The translations under genes were made by a program, and so were the position numbers. The notes beneath the pieces were generated by a model. That model ran no database searches. It had not been told where the DNA came from and saw only the letters and a list, made by a program, of their open reading frames with translations. A stretch of DNA of 35,600 bases, counting the filler, from Candidatus Fermentibacterota bacterium (lineage in GTDB: Bacteria > JAFGKV01), in NCBI GenBank assembly GCA_016928395.1. It is 2 parts of 2 records of this genome, joined end to end, with 100 filler letters (N's around TTAATTAATTAA, not from the genome) between each part and the next. Parts side by side here need not be neighbours in the genome. Positions count along the whole stretch, not along the records: positions 1 to 29,851 come from JAFGKV010000272.1; 1 more part is not named here. The stretch is one strand, 5' to 3'. The stretch's first letter is position 1; each line of letters opens with the position of its first letter. Shown here in pieces: positions 9,333 to 20,133 of this stretch.

Positions 9333-10409
9333 ATGGGCACAGTCCCGGATGACGGCGCGGCGCGACCGCGCATATCCCTTGTCATTGCGGCCCGCAACGC
9401 ATCCGGGTTCATCCACCCCGTGATGGCCAGCATTCGGCGATCCGAAACGGCAACCATGGAAGTCGTGGTGGTCGACGACTGCTCCACCGACGATACGGCG
9501 GAGCTGGCCACGATGCTGGGTGCCAAGCTCGTCAGGCTGGAGTCCCCTGCCGGTGCGGCTGCGGCGCGCAATGCCGGGGCGCGGGAGGCCACCGGCGATG
9601 TGGTGATGTTCATCGATCATGACTGCTGCCTGTGTGAGGATACCATCGACCGGGTGCTGGAAGCTATGGCGCGATACCGGGGAGAGGTGGTCCTGGGAGG
9701 AACGTATACCCTTGAGCCGTTCGATGCTCACCGTTTCGCGTCCTGCCTCCAATCGCTCCATGTGCACTATTCCGAGACGAGACGCCCCGATCCTGACTAC
9801 ATTGCGTCCCATTGCTTCATCATGGTCCGGGCCCTGTTTCTCCGGGAGGGGGGGTTTCCCGAGGCGCTCTCCCTGCTGCTCGCCAATGGGTGCTGCCAGG
9901 ATGTGCTCTTCTCCCATCTCCTGAGACGACGTGGGTACCGCCTGGTGATGGACCCATCACTTCAGGTTCGCCACATCTTCAACTTCACAGTGCGACACAG
10001 TATCTTCAACGCATTCTGGAAGAGCAGGGCGTGGACCCGTTTCGCCCTGTCGGAAGGATCTCTTCTCAGAGACTCAGGATCGGCCAGCTCCGAGATGAAG
10101 GTCTCCTCGGTTCTCCTTACCTTGGCGCTGGCGTCGCTAATGGCATCGGCGTGGTGGAAACCAATGGCCCTGGCAAGCCTCGCCCTGGCCGCGGCGTCTT
10201 TGGCGGCCAACGCCCGGTTGTATGCGTTCATCTTTCGCCACAAGGGAACATGGTTCACCCTTCGGGCCGCCGGTCTCTACTCTCTCCAGCTCTTGGCGGT
10301 GGTTGCGGGTGGCGTGGCGGGATTGGCCCAGGGACCGCTGACCCCGGCCCGGAACGCCCCAGCATCCGAGGGCAGCTGTGGTTCAACCACGAACATGGGG
10401 CGTTCCTGA
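9333..10409 (+). CDS. glycosyltransferase family 2 with C-terminal TM helices
   Basis: ISLVIAARN, VVVDDCSTD, GAAAARNAG, FIDHD DxD motif, GGFPE; GGAG RBS. Confidence 0.9.
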   Translation: MGTVPDDGAARPRISLVIAARNASGFIHPVMASIRRSETATMEVVVVDDCSTDDTAELATMLGAKLVRLESPAGAAAARNAGAREATGDVVMFIDHDCCLCEDTIDRVLEAMARYRGEVVLGGTYTLEPFDAHRFASCLQSLHVHYSETRRPDPDYIASHCFIMVRALFLREGGFPEALSLLLANGCCQDVLFSHLLRRRGYRLVMDPSLQVRHIFNFTVRHSIFNAFWKSRAWTRFALSEGSLLRDSGSASSEMKVSSVLLTLALASLMASAWWKPMALASLALAAASLAANARLYAFIFRHKGTWFTLRAAGLYSLQLLAVVAGGVAGLAQGPLTPARNAPASEGSCGSTTNMGRS

Positions 10410-10465
10410 AGCCGGTTCCCTTCCAAGAGAGCGCCGGCGTCTTGGGGAGTCAGGGCGTGCCGGGG

Positions 10466-10494
10466 TTGAAGACGCAGGGCCTCTGTCGTACCTT
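10466..10494 (+). promoter_or_regulatory. sigma70-type promoter of gap
   Basis: TTGAAG, 17 nt spacer, TACCTT, about 128 nt upstream of the gap ATG. Confidence 0.55.
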
Positions 10495-10537
10495 GCTGCG
10501 AAAGTGCCTGCTGGTGGGTGACCGTATCCTTCGGTGA

Positions 10538-11620
<1,083 letters not shown>

Positions 11621-11926
11621 CAGGAGTCGAAATCCTCTCGTGCACTGCTGTATCGTGGGGCGGGGCGTTACCTCCCTTCCCCGCGGTGCATCGAGGCGTC
11701 CTCTCCTGAGGTTGGCCGCATCACGGGGTGTCCCTGCATGCCATGCGCATGATGCAGCCCTCGGTGGATCGGCCCCTCTCCCCACGTGTGCCTGCCCTGC
11801 TGAAGGAACCCGTGTGGGGGGGCAAGGCGGCAGACATACCACGAGCGTGCTCGTCAGTGGGCCGACTCGGAATCCGGCGCAACCCATGAAGAACGCCTGT
11901 TCCCGCACAAGAAGGGGGATTTCCCA

Positions 11927-14248
11927 GTGACGCCTGAACTCATCGTCGCCCAACGCACGCACATCGACTCGATTGCGGCCGAGCTTGCGGTGGCTCCGCA
12001 TCAGGTAGAGGCAACCGCCGCCCTTCTGGGGGACGACGCCACCGTCCCGTTTATCGCCCGCTACCGCAAGGAGGCAACCGGCGGTTTGGACGAGGTGGCC
12101 ATCCTTGCTATACGAGATCGTCTCGAGCAGCTCACAGCCCTTGATGCGCGGCGGGCTGCAATCCTGAAGTCACTGCGTGAACAGGGAAAGCTTACCGAGG
12201 AATTGGCCGGTATGGTCGCGGCGGCGCAGACCATGGCGACCCTGGAGGATGTCTACCTCCCCCACCGTCCCAAGCGCCGAACCCGCGCGATCGTGGCCCG
12301 CGAGAAGGGACTGGAGCCTCTCGCATCCCTGCTGCTGGCCCAGGGCGACATCGATCCGGATGCGCAGGCCACGGCGTTCGTTGACGAGGGCAAGGGTGTT
12401 TCCTCTGTCGAGGCCGCCCTTGAAGGGGCGAGGGATATCCTGGCCGAGTGGGTCAGCGAAGACGCCAACACCCGGGCTTCGTTGCGTGCATTGTTCCGGG
12501 AACGGGCCACTATTCGCTCCAAGGTTGTCTCGGGCAAAGAGGATACGGGCGGCAACTTCCGTGACTACTTCGCGTGGGAAGAAATGGCTGCCACTGCACC
12601 ATCCCATCGCATTCTGGCCATCCGCCGGGGATCGGATGAGGGCATACTCACCACGCGAATTCTTCCCCCGGAGGAAGACGCCCTTGGCATCGTCGAGCGG
12701 CACTTCCTTCGCGGTGAATCTCCGGCGACTGCCCAGGTGCGCAGCGCCGTGCATGACAGCTACCGGCGCCTCCTGGGGCCATCACTGGAGAACGAGATTC
12801 GCGCGGAGATCAAGGAGCGGGCTGACCGGGAAGCCATCGCCGTCTTCTCCCAGAACCTACGAAACCTGCTGCTGGCGCCACCCCTGGGCCAAAAGGCCGT
12901 GCTTGCCATCGACCCCGGGCTGCGCACGGGGTGCAAGGTGGTCTGCCTCGATCGACAGGGCAGGCTCCTGCACTCCGAAACGCTCTATCCTCTGGCTCCC
13001 TTCGGCAAGGTCGATGAGGCTCGAACCAGGCTGCAGGAGCTAGCCCGCCAATTCGGCATCGAGGCGCTCGCCGTGGGCAACGGCACGGGCGGAAGAGAGA
13101 CCTATGCCGTGTGCCGCGCCATCGATTTCGGGACCTCGATTCCCGTGGTGATGGTGAACGAGAGCGGCGCCTCGGTGTACTCCGCCTCGGAAGTGGCCCG
13201 GGAGGAGTTCCCTGATCGCGATGTCACGGTCAGGGGCGCGATCTCCATCGGTCGGCGCCTCATGGATCCGCTGGCGGAGCTGGTCAAGGTCGACCCGAAG
13301 GCCATCGGGGTGGGCCAGTACCAGCATGATGTTGACCAGAAGGCCCTTCGCCGCGCACTGGACGACGTAGTCACCAGTTGCGTGAATGCAGTTGGCGTCG
13401 AGGTCAACACGGCGAGCGCGCAGCTCTTGCGCTACGTATCAGGGCTGTCGGAGCGCCTGGCGAGTGCGCTGGTCGTCCATCGGGATACCCACGGTCCCTT
13501 CACTTCGCGAATCGAGCTTGAGGCGGTGGGCGGAATCGGCCCGAAGACCTTCCAGCAGGCCGCCGGGTTCCTCCGTATCCGCGAGGGGAGCAATCCTCTG
13601 GATGCGTCAGGCGTTCACCCCGAGCGCTATGCTTTGGTGGAGACGATGGCCCACGACGCAGGCTGCACGGTGACTGACCTCATGGGGCACGGCGGGTGGA
13701 GAGAAAAGGTGGATATGACGCGCTACGTCTCCGGCGACGTAGGCATGCCGACCCTGCGTGACATCATGGCTGAGCTGGCAAAGCCTGGGCGGGATCCGCG
13801 GCGCAGCTTCGAGCCGGTGCCCTTCATGGATGGCATCAAGGATCTCGCCGATCTCAAACCCGGCATGAGGCTTCCTGGAGTGGTAACCAATGTGACGGCC
13901 TTCGGAGCGTTCGTAGACGTGGGTGTGCACCAGGATGGCCTGGTGCACATCAGCCAACTGGCGGATCGTTTCGTCCGCGACCCCCACGAGGTAGTCAAGG
14001 TCAACCAGCAGGTGACCGCCACGGTTCTCAACGTCGACACAGAGCGCCAACGGATTTCCCTCTCTCTTCGTCATTGCCCGGATGAGAGACCTCGCACCAC
14101 GACTACGGGCGAGCGGCCCACGCGCCGGCAACCGCAGCGGCGACCTGCCCGAAAACCCACCCCTCCGCCCAAGCCCGCCTCGCCTCCCCCGAACAATCCT
14201 TTCGGCCAGCTGCTGGAACAGCTTCAGAAGCCTAAGAGGAAAGGGTGA
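11927..14248 (+). CDS. tex: Tex RNA-binding transcriptional accessory protein
   Basis: ATVPFIARYRKEATG, IDPGLRTGCK, ESGASVYSAS, IGVGQYQHD, C-terminal S1 domain NVTAFGAFVDVGVHQDGLVHIS. Confidence 0.96.
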   Translation: MTPELIVAQRTHIDSIAAELAVAPHQVEATAALLGDDATVPFIARYRKEATGGLDEVAILAIRDRLEQLTALDARRAAILKSLREQGKLTEELAGMVAAAQTMATLEDVYLPHRPKRRTRAIVAREKGLEPLASLLLAQGDIDPDAQATAFVDEGKGVSSVEAALEGARDILAEWVSEDANTRASLRALFRERATIRSKVVSGKEDTGGNFRDYFAWEEMAATAPSHRILAIRRGSDEGILTTRILPPEEDALGIVERHFLRGESPATAQVRSAVHDSYRRLLGPSLENEIRAEIKERADREAIAVFSQNLRNLLLAPPLGQKAVLAIDPGLRTGCKVVCLDRQGRLLHSETLYPLAPFGKVDEARTRLQELARQFGIEALAVGNGTGGRETYAVCRAIDFGTSIPVVMVNESGASVYSASEVAREEFPDRDVTVRGAISIGRRLMDPLAELVKVDPKAIGVGQYQHDVDQKALRRALDDVVTSCVNAVGVEVNTASAQLLRYVSGLSERLASALVVHRDTHGPFTSRIELEAVGGIGPKTFQQAAGFLRIREGSNPLDASGVHPERYALVETMAHDAGCTVTDLMGHGGWREKVDMTRYVSGDVGMPTLRDIMAELAKPGRDPRRSFEPVPFMDGIKDLADLKPGMRLPGVVTNVTAFGAFVDVGVHQDGLVHISQLADRFVRDPHEVVKVNQQVTATVLNVDTERQRISLSLRHCPDERPRTTTTGERPTRRQPQRRPARKPTPPPKPASPPPNNPFGQLLEQLQKPKRKG

Positions 14249-14530
14249 ATCTGAGCTCAGGGGCAGTGTGATTAGGGTTCCAAAGGTAGGTCCCGCGGTA
14301 GACCATATCGGCAGGGTTCGGTGTTCAGTATCGAAACCGCACGAAGATGCGGCCCCCCTTTCGTGTGGTATGATGTGCGCACGGGTCTACGGACACACCC
14401 CTCCCTTGCGGCAGGCGGCAGATGGCACTCGCCAGTCCGAGGTTGACTGAGAACCGCGAGCGAAGCGACCCCGAGGCCCACTGAACTCTCACCACCATCC
14501 CCCTACTCCCCGAATCACGCGCGGGTCGCG

Positions 14531-15472
14531 TCAGAGCGTACCGCGAACGATGCGAAATCCCATTTCGCTGCCCCGATACCCCGGGAGTCGCCCATCGCGA
14601 AAATCGGGGCGGCACTTCGCCGCCTGGTAACGCCACGCGCCCCCCCGATCAACCCGGACCGTTCCCGTGTCCGCACCCATGGGATCGGCGAAAGAACCTG
14701 CAGCAAGGGGCCCAAGCCAGTCATGGCACCATTCCCAGACATTCCCGAGCGTATCGTGAAGTCCCCAGGCATTCGGCTCCCGTCCGCCCACAGGCAGCGT
14801 ACCGCAACGAGCGCACTGCTCCTGCCTGCCCAGCCAGGCCGCGCACTCCTCGCCGCCTTCATAGGTGACGCAGCTGTTGCCCCCGTACCAGGCAATGCGG
14901 CCCAGCTCAGGCGAGTGGTTCGGGCTGACGATGGTCATTCCGCCCGAGTACAACGCCGTATTCGTGCCTGCCCGGCAGGCGTACTCCCACTCAGCCTCTG
15001 TGGGCAGCCGATACCCATTGGCCAACCGGTCTAGGGCCCAATTCTCCTCATGATAGCACGGCTGCAGACCTTCCAACTCGCTGAGCCGGTTGCAGAACGC
15101 TGCTGCGTCGAACCACGATACCTGCTCCACGGGGCACTGGCCGCCGCACCCAACGAAGCGGGAGGGATTCGTCCCCATGACGGTCTCATACTGGGTTTGG
15201 GTCACCTCGTACTTGCCAATCCAGAATCCGCGCAATGCGACCGTGCGGTACGGCTCTTCACCCCCCCGGGGATCATCCCAAGGCATGGCGGCGGTGAAAC
15301 TGCCCGGAGGTATCCACATCATCATGATGCTCGCGGTGTGCGTCGCAAGACTTTCTCTCGGGCGGGGTTCATTGTCTCCCCGTCCAGCACAACGAACCCC
15401 GACGGCGGCGACCAGAACAGAGGCAGCCAGGCATACCCCTACCTCGGCTCGGCGAGGCAGGCCGAGAATCAA
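14531..15472 (-). CDS. exported FGE/SUMF1-fold (C-type lectin-like) domain protein
   Basis: KYEVTQ, PVEQVSWFDA, RLPTEAEWEYACRAG, PNAWGLHDTLGNVWEW, RGGAW, GFR; N-terminal hydrophobic segment. Confidence 0.9.
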   Translation of the reverse strand: MILGLPRRAEVGVCLAASVLVAAVGVRCAGRGDNEPRPRESLATHTASIMMMWIPPGSFTAAMPWDDPRGGEEPYRTVALRGFWIGKYEVTQTQYETVMGTNPSRFVGCGGQCPVEQVSWFDAAAFCNRLSELEGLQPCYHEENWALDRLANGYRLPTEAEWEYACRAGTNTALYSGGMTIVSPNHSPELGRIAWYGGNSCVTYEGGEECAAWLGRQEQCARCGTLPVGGREPNAWGLHDTLGNVWEWCHDWLGPLAAGSFADPMGADTGTVRVDRGGAWRYQAAKCRPDFRDGRLPGYRGSEMGFRIVRGTL

Positions 15473-16725
15473 ATCACCGCACCCGAAGGAAGGACGGCGT
15501 TCTTTTCGATGACCACCAAACCCTCGCGAATGGAAAAGCCGGCACCCTCGAAGTCCTGCGCACCCCGTTCATTGACGATGCGGCACCCCTCACCGATCCG
15601 GGCATTCTTGTCGATAATGGCGTTCTTGATATGGCAATGATCGCCGATGCCAAGCCGTGGCACATGGCCGTCGATGGGAGGGCCGTCAGGTTCCCTCAGT
15701 TCAAAGAAGTCGGCACCCATCACATAGCTGTTCTCGATGACTGTGCCGATGCCAATCTTAGAACGGATGCCGATGACGGAATCCTCGATGCGCTTGGCCA
15801 GGATGATACACCCGTCGGCGATCAGCGATTGCCGGATCAGGCAGCCGTCGATCACGGTGGCGGGTAAGAACCTCGGACGGGAAAACAGAGGATTGCTTTC
15901 ACTGTACAGCCTGAAATGGGGATCAAGTTCTGCCAACGATAGGTTGGCCCGGTGAAACGATTCCATTGTCCCGATGTCTTCCCAATACCCCTGGAAGGTA
16001 TGGGCGACGACGCGATGAGTGTTCATGGCCATGGGAATGACCTGGCGCCCGAAGTCCTCCTCTTCACGCCCTTCCAGCAGTTCGCGCAGTACCGACAGGC
16101 GAAAGGCGTAGATTCCCATGGATGCCAGGAAGGTCCGTTGCTCGCCCCGCCCGATGGCAAAACCCTCCAGCGCATCAGGATCAGGGGGTTTCTCGACAAA
16201 CTGGATGACGCGCCCATCAGGCGCCACGCGCATGAGGCCGAACCTATTAGCATCGACGGGGGATACAGGAATAACGGACAGAGTCACATCCGCACCGCTG
16301 GACACGTGGGTATCGAGCATTTCGCGGAAATCCATGCGGTAGAGATGGTCCGCAGCCAGAATGAGAATGTCCTGGTGTTTGCCGCTGAGGAATCGGGTAA
16401 GATTCTTCCGCACGGCATCGGCCGTACCCTGGAACCAGTCATCATGGCTTATGGTCTGTTCGGCTGCCAGGATATCCACGAATCCGCGACCAAAGGCGTC
16501 GAACTTGTAGGTTCGACTCACGTGACGGGCCAGGGACACGGAGTTGAATTGGGTGAGTACGTATACTTCCCGCAACCCTGAGTTAATGCAGTTGGAGAGC
16601 GGAATATCGATGAGGCGGTACTTGCCTCCCAAGGGGACCGCGGGTTTGCATCGATACTTCGTCAAGGGGTATAGCCGCGTGCCCCGGCCTCCGCCGAGGA
16701 CTGCAACGAGAGTCGATCTGCGCAT
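15469..16725 (-). CDS. glgC: glucose-1-phosphate adenylyltransferase
   Basis: GGGRGTRLYPLT, KPAVPLGGKYRLIDIPLSNCINSG, WFQGTADAVR, FVEKP, YWEDIGT. Confidence 0.97.
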   Translation of the reverse strand: MRRSTLVAVLGGGRGTRLYPLTKYRCKPAVPLGGKYRLIDIPLSNCINSGLREVYVLTQFNSVSLARHVSRTYKFDAFGRGFVDILAAEQTISHDDWFQGTADAVRKNLTRFLSGKHQDILILAADHLYRMDFREMLDTHVSSGADVTLSVIPVSPVDANRFGLMRVAPDGRVIQFVEKPPDPDALEGFAIGRGEQRTFLASMGIYAFRLSVLRELLEGREEEDFGRQVIPMAMNTHRVVAHTFQGYWEDIGTMESFHRANLSLAELDPHFRLYSESNPLFSRPRFLPATVIDGCLIRQSLIADGCIILAKRIEDSVIGIRSKIGIGTVIENSYVMGADFFELREPDGPPIDGHVPRLGIGDHCHIKNAIIDKNARIGEGCRIVNERGAQDFEGAGFSIREGLVVIEKNAVLPSGAVI

Positions 16726-16766
16726 GGCGACCTCCGAAGATCATCGGGAAACCATCAGAGGTACAC

Positions 16767-16795
16767 ATAGTACACCGCGACGTCCCGCAAATCAA
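16767..16795 (-). promoter_or_regulatory. sigma70-type promoter of glgC
   Basis: minus strand TTGATT, 17 nt spacer, TACTAT, 42 nt upstream of the ATG. Confidence 0.65.
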
Positions 16796-16843
16796 AGCCT
16801 CGCAACAGAGCGAAAAGAGCAGTCCTCTCAGGGATGAGGGGCC

Positions 16844-16866
16844 GGATGAATGGACGAATGGATGAA
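16844..16866. repeat. short tandem octamer repeat (TGGAYGAA)n, about 3 units
   Basis: GGATGAATGGACGAATGGATGAA; same unit as 33376-33411. Confidence 0.75.
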
Positions 16867-16930
16867 GACGAGGGAGAGCGGGCTGCTCCTGTGAACCGTA
16901 CCCGGCGACCTCCTCGCGGAGCGGGCAGCG

Positions 16931-18409
16931 TCAGAGAAAGAATCGATGCGAGATGAAGTTGACGCGGCCCTCGATGATGGTGACGGGAACAGTCCCTTGG
17001 GCGGCGATGCCTCCGGCCCGGTCCCGCAGCCGAACCGCCAGATCCTGCGAGCCAGCCTGTAGTCGAAGCCGGACGAGATAGATCTCTCTCGGCAGGCCAA
17101 GCCATGCCCGCAGATCCGCCTGTTCGGTGGCGAGGGCTGCGAGGTTCAGAATCGCTCCCACCGCAGAGCCCGCGGAATCGCCGTGCCTCTTGGCCACGGC
17201 ATCCTCGCTCTTGGTGGTCGCCAGGTACTTGGCCAGAGCGCGGGCAATGGTCTTCAACAGGACCCGCGGCATCCGGTCTTCCAGGCTGGCGCGGGCCACC
17301 ATATCGAGGTTCTCCACCAAGGTTGCCTTGGCGCCTTCCACCTCCACGCTCGACCAAAACGGCACGATTCCGGGGGGGTATCCCGGGAGGGCCATCTTGA
17401 GCCAGTAGTGGACATCTCGCCACGATCGCCGCTCATGGGCTCGGTCGCGAAGTTTCCCCGTGAGGGTAACACTGCTCTCGTTCCTCTCGCTTTCAAGAAT
17501 GGGGATACTGAGGTCAAGTTCGGTCTTGGCCGGCACGAAGCCGACCTCAACCAGCACCACTGCCTCCCCCGACCCCGGCGGCGGGGGCGCCCGGAGCCTG
17601 GCGGCAGGGAACCGGCGCTGCAGCTCCTGGTGGTCATCCTGAAACGAAAGGCGCGTCGTGACGGTGAGCAGGTCGTCTGCCAGAGACGGCGGGATCGAGA
17701 CTCCGAGCACTCCGTCGTTCTCCTGGAAGCCCTCGACGGCCTTCTTGAACGAGATGTAGGCGTCGTTCATCTCCCCAGCACTCTCCTGAATGAGTCCCAT
17801 CAGGTAGTGCACGAAGGGATCGGTGCGGTACTTCTTGTCGCCGTCGTGGAACTCCTCGTAGAACTGCAGTTTCCTCTGCACCTTGCGACACTCGACCAAG
17901 GCGCCCTCGACCTGCCCCAGATCCAGGTAGTTGAGGGCCCGGTAGTAGTTGATCAGCACCCGCTCGAAGTCTTCCCCTTCGTAGGGGAGGATAGCGTCGC
18001 TGGTGAGCAGGGAGGCCACGTTTTGCGACACGCTCTTGGTGTAGAGGTCTTCGGCGCGCTGCTCCGCACGCTCGAAGGTGACATTACTCTCCTGCAGGCG
18101 GCCGGCGTGCCGGAGAAGCAGGCCCCGCTCCATGAGATAGACCAAGTCATCGTCGTGGCCCTCGAAACGCGCATCCAGCCTGGCAAGGGCGGCCTGCACA
18201 TTGTGACGACGAAGCTCAGCCTTGACCGGCGCCATGCGGTCGACGTACGACGCACACCCCATCGCGCTTACGACCGCCAATAGGGCCAGCGGAGCCGACA
18301 GACGGCGTGGCGCGGGGAACGGTATGCGGCGCGCACGATCATGCACTGCGGGTACGGCCTCAGCGCCCCACGGCGCCGCCGGCACCTGGGAAAGTGGCGC
18401 CACACTCAC
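16931..18409 (-). CDS. COG3014-like TPR lipoprotein
   Basis: lipobox-like SAMGC; MERGLL, PYEGEDFERVLINYYRALNYL, ALVECRK, TEQADLRAWLGLP motifs; start uncertain. Confidence 0.8.
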   Translation of the reverse strand: MSVAPLSQVPAAPWGAEAVPAVHDRARRIPFPAPRRLSAPLALLAVVSAMGCASYVDRMAPVKAELRRHNVQAALARLDARFEGHDDDLVYLMERGLLLRHAGRLQESNVTFERAEQRAEDLYTKSVSQNVASLLTSDAILPYEGEDFERVLINYYRALNYLDLGQVEGALVECRKVQRKLQFYEEFHDGDKKYRTDPFVHYLMGLIQESAGEMNDAYISFKKAVEGFQENDGVLGVSIPPSLADDLLTVTTRLSFQDDHQELQRRFPAARLRAPPPPGSGEAVVLVEVGFVPAKTELDLSIPILESERNESSVTLTGKLRDRAHERRSWRDVHYWLKMALPGYPPGIVPFWSSVEVEGAKATLVENLDMVARASLEDRMPRVLLKTIARALAKYLATTKSEDAVAKRHGDSAGSAVGAILNLAALATEQADLRAWLGLPREIYLVRLRLQAGSQDLAVRLRDRAGGIAAQGTVPVTIIEGRVNFISHRFFL

Positions 18410-18418
18410 CCCGGGGTC

Positions 18419-19015
18419 TTACGGACGGTAGCGCCCGCGGGTGACCACCTTCTTGATCTTGTGGCTCTCGGACCAGACCTTCTCATTGGTCTCGATGCTG
18501 ATCAAGGTGAGATCGGTTTGGAAGAAGACCGCCTTCTCCCCGGAGCCAACGTCGTCGATTTGGCTGATGACCCCGCTCAGCATGTAGTCAGCGCCACGCT
18601 CCCGGCCCATGCGCTTGGCGGTCTCCTCACTGGCCCAATGGGCTTGGTCGTCCCGCTCGCCGCGGACCTCGCCGCGTTCCTCTTGGCTCGCAACGACCCG
18701 TACCAGGTTGCTGTTGATGAACTCCCGCTCGATGTCCTTGACGAAGGTATCGATGGCAATGTGTTGCATGCTCTTGTTGCGGATCGGGCCGACGATGACC
18801 ACAGGGGTCTTGCCAGCGGTCTCTGCGCTGTGGCGGCCAATCCATGGACGGTTTAGACAGTCCTGGATCATGGTCTGGGCCACCCCGCGGCTGTCCGTGT
18901 CATTCCACCCCTCGGAGAAATCGGTGGTAGTGGTGGCATCCACTCGGGTCACCTTCTTGCCGGCCGCGCAGGCAAGCATCAGCAGGCATACAAGGGCAGC
19001 GACTGCCTTTTTCAT
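18419..19015 (-). CDS. lpoB: LpoB-like lipoprotein (penicillin-binding protein activator family)
   Basis: MKK...LAC lipobox; KVTRVD, WNDTDSR, IRNKSMQHI, GADYMLSG, ETNEKVW; GGAGG RBS before ATG 19015. Confidence 0.75.
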   Translation of the reverse strand: MKKAVAALVCLLMLACAAGKKVTRVDATTTTDFSEGWNDTDSRGVAQTMIQDCLNRPWIGRHSAETAGKTPVVIVGPIRNKSMQHIAIDTFVKDIEREFINSNLVRVVASQEERGEVRGERDDQAHWASEETAKRMGRERGADYMLSGVISQIDDVGSGEKAVFFQTDLTLISIETNEKVWSESHKIKKVVTRGRYRP

Positions 19016-19038
19016 TGGAACCTCCCTCTGAGCCACGC

Positions 19039-19425
19039 TCAGTAGTAGTACCTCGAATCGGCCTGAAACGCATTGACCAGATGGAGGAGATTGGCGCTCC
19101 TCCCCGGCCGGTCCCAGGTTATCCCTATCACATCGAACCGCAAGTTCACGCCGCGGCCGAACTTTGACGCAGCATAGTTCACCGCGGCCTTGACCACTAG
19201 CTGCTGCTTCTTGGGCACTACTGCCTCAAACGCCGAGGCGCCGGCGGTAGCCGCGTCCCGAAGCTTGACCTCTACAAAGGCAACGGTGTCGCCAATCCGG
19301 GCGATCACGTCGATTTCGGCCTTGCCGAATCGGTAGTTCCGGGCGAGCACGGTATAGCCGTGGAGGCGAAGAAAGTCCACGGCCATGTCCTCCGCGATAT
19401 CGCCGCTTCGGTCACCGTATGACAT
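19039..19425 (-). CDS. yraN: YraN family endonuclease-like protein
   Basis: GYTVLARNYR, EIDVIA, FVEVK, EAV..KQ, RFDVIGI; TGATG coupling to rnhB. Confidence 0.92.
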   Translation of the reverse strand: MSYGDRSGDIAEDMAVDFLRLHGYTVLARNYRFGKAEIDVIARIGDTVAFVEVKLRDAATAGASAFEAVVPKKQQLVVKAAVNYAASKFGRGVNLRFDVIGITWDRPGRSANLLHLVNAFQADSRYYY

Positions 19426-20093
19426 CACCAGAGTTCCTGTTGGGCCAGCGGCGCAAACGACACACGATGGCACGACGCCGGGCCAAACCGCCTGATTCGA
19501 GCTAGGTGGTCGGCGGTGCCATATCCTTTGTGGCGGTGGAATCCATAGAGGGGACACGCGTACGCCAGGAGAGCCATGGCGCGGTCGCGCCTGACCTTGG
19601 CCACGATGCTGGCGCTGGCAATGGAGAGGCTCTGTGCATCGCCGTCAACGATGGCCGTCTGCGGCAGGATGATACCGCTGATCTCTAGACTGCCGTCCAT
19701 CAGCACGTGGTCCACCGGCACCGGCAGCGCGCGCAGGGCCCGCCTCGCGGCCAGGCATGTGGCCCGCCAGACATTCAGCCTGTCGACTTCCTGGGCGGAT
19801 GCGCTGCCCACACCGACCGCCAGAGCCTGACGGGAGATGGTCTCAAACAAGTCTGACCGCCGCTGAGGAGAAAGCCTCTTGGAATCCTGCACGCCGTGCA
19901 CCACCATCCATGGCGCCAACACCACCGCGCCAACCATAACAGGGCCTGCCAATGCTCCCCGCCCAGCCTCGTCAAGGCCGGCGACGAACCGCATACCTCT
20001 CCGCCACAACACTGCTTCGTGGTCAGTGTCGGGCGGAGGACTTTCTCTACGTGAGCAGGAAACGTGCCGCCGGCCAAGGCCCGCTGGTTCCAT
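19425..20093 (-). CDS. rnhB: ribonuclease HII
   Basis: GLDEAGRGALAGPV, DSKRL, DGDA, SIASASIVAKVRRD, HKGYGT, HRVSFAP. Confidence 0.96.
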   Translation of the reverse strand: MEPAGLGRRHVSCSRRESPPPDTDHEAVLWRRGMRFVAGLDEAGRGALAGPVMVGAVVLAPWMVVHGVQDSKRLSPQRRSDLFETISRQALAVGVGSASAQEVDRLNVWRATCLAARRALRALPVPVDHVLMDGSLEISGIILPQTAIVDGDAQSLSIASASIVAKVRRDRAMALLAYACPLYGFHRHKGYGTADHLARIRRFGPASCHRVSFAPLAQQELW

Positions 20094-20133
20094 GGGTGGC
20101 GCCTCGGAGTGTCCACTCCGGGCTACAGGGATG

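Noticed and set aside
11634-11697. Long GC hairpin after gap as a riboswitch or ncRNA
   Set aside because: No recognisable aptamer motif; compatible with a terminator-like stem or chance pairing
14531-14660. FGE-fold C-terminus as a diversity-generating retroelement variable region
   Set aside because: No template-repeat copy and no reverse transcriptase seen in the window
17183-18283. Long antisense ORFs (this one, 6372-7346, 2038-2889, 10592-11362, 26622-27491 and similar)
   Set aside because: Shadow ORFs opposite well-supported genes, expected in GC-rich DNA; no recognisable motifs
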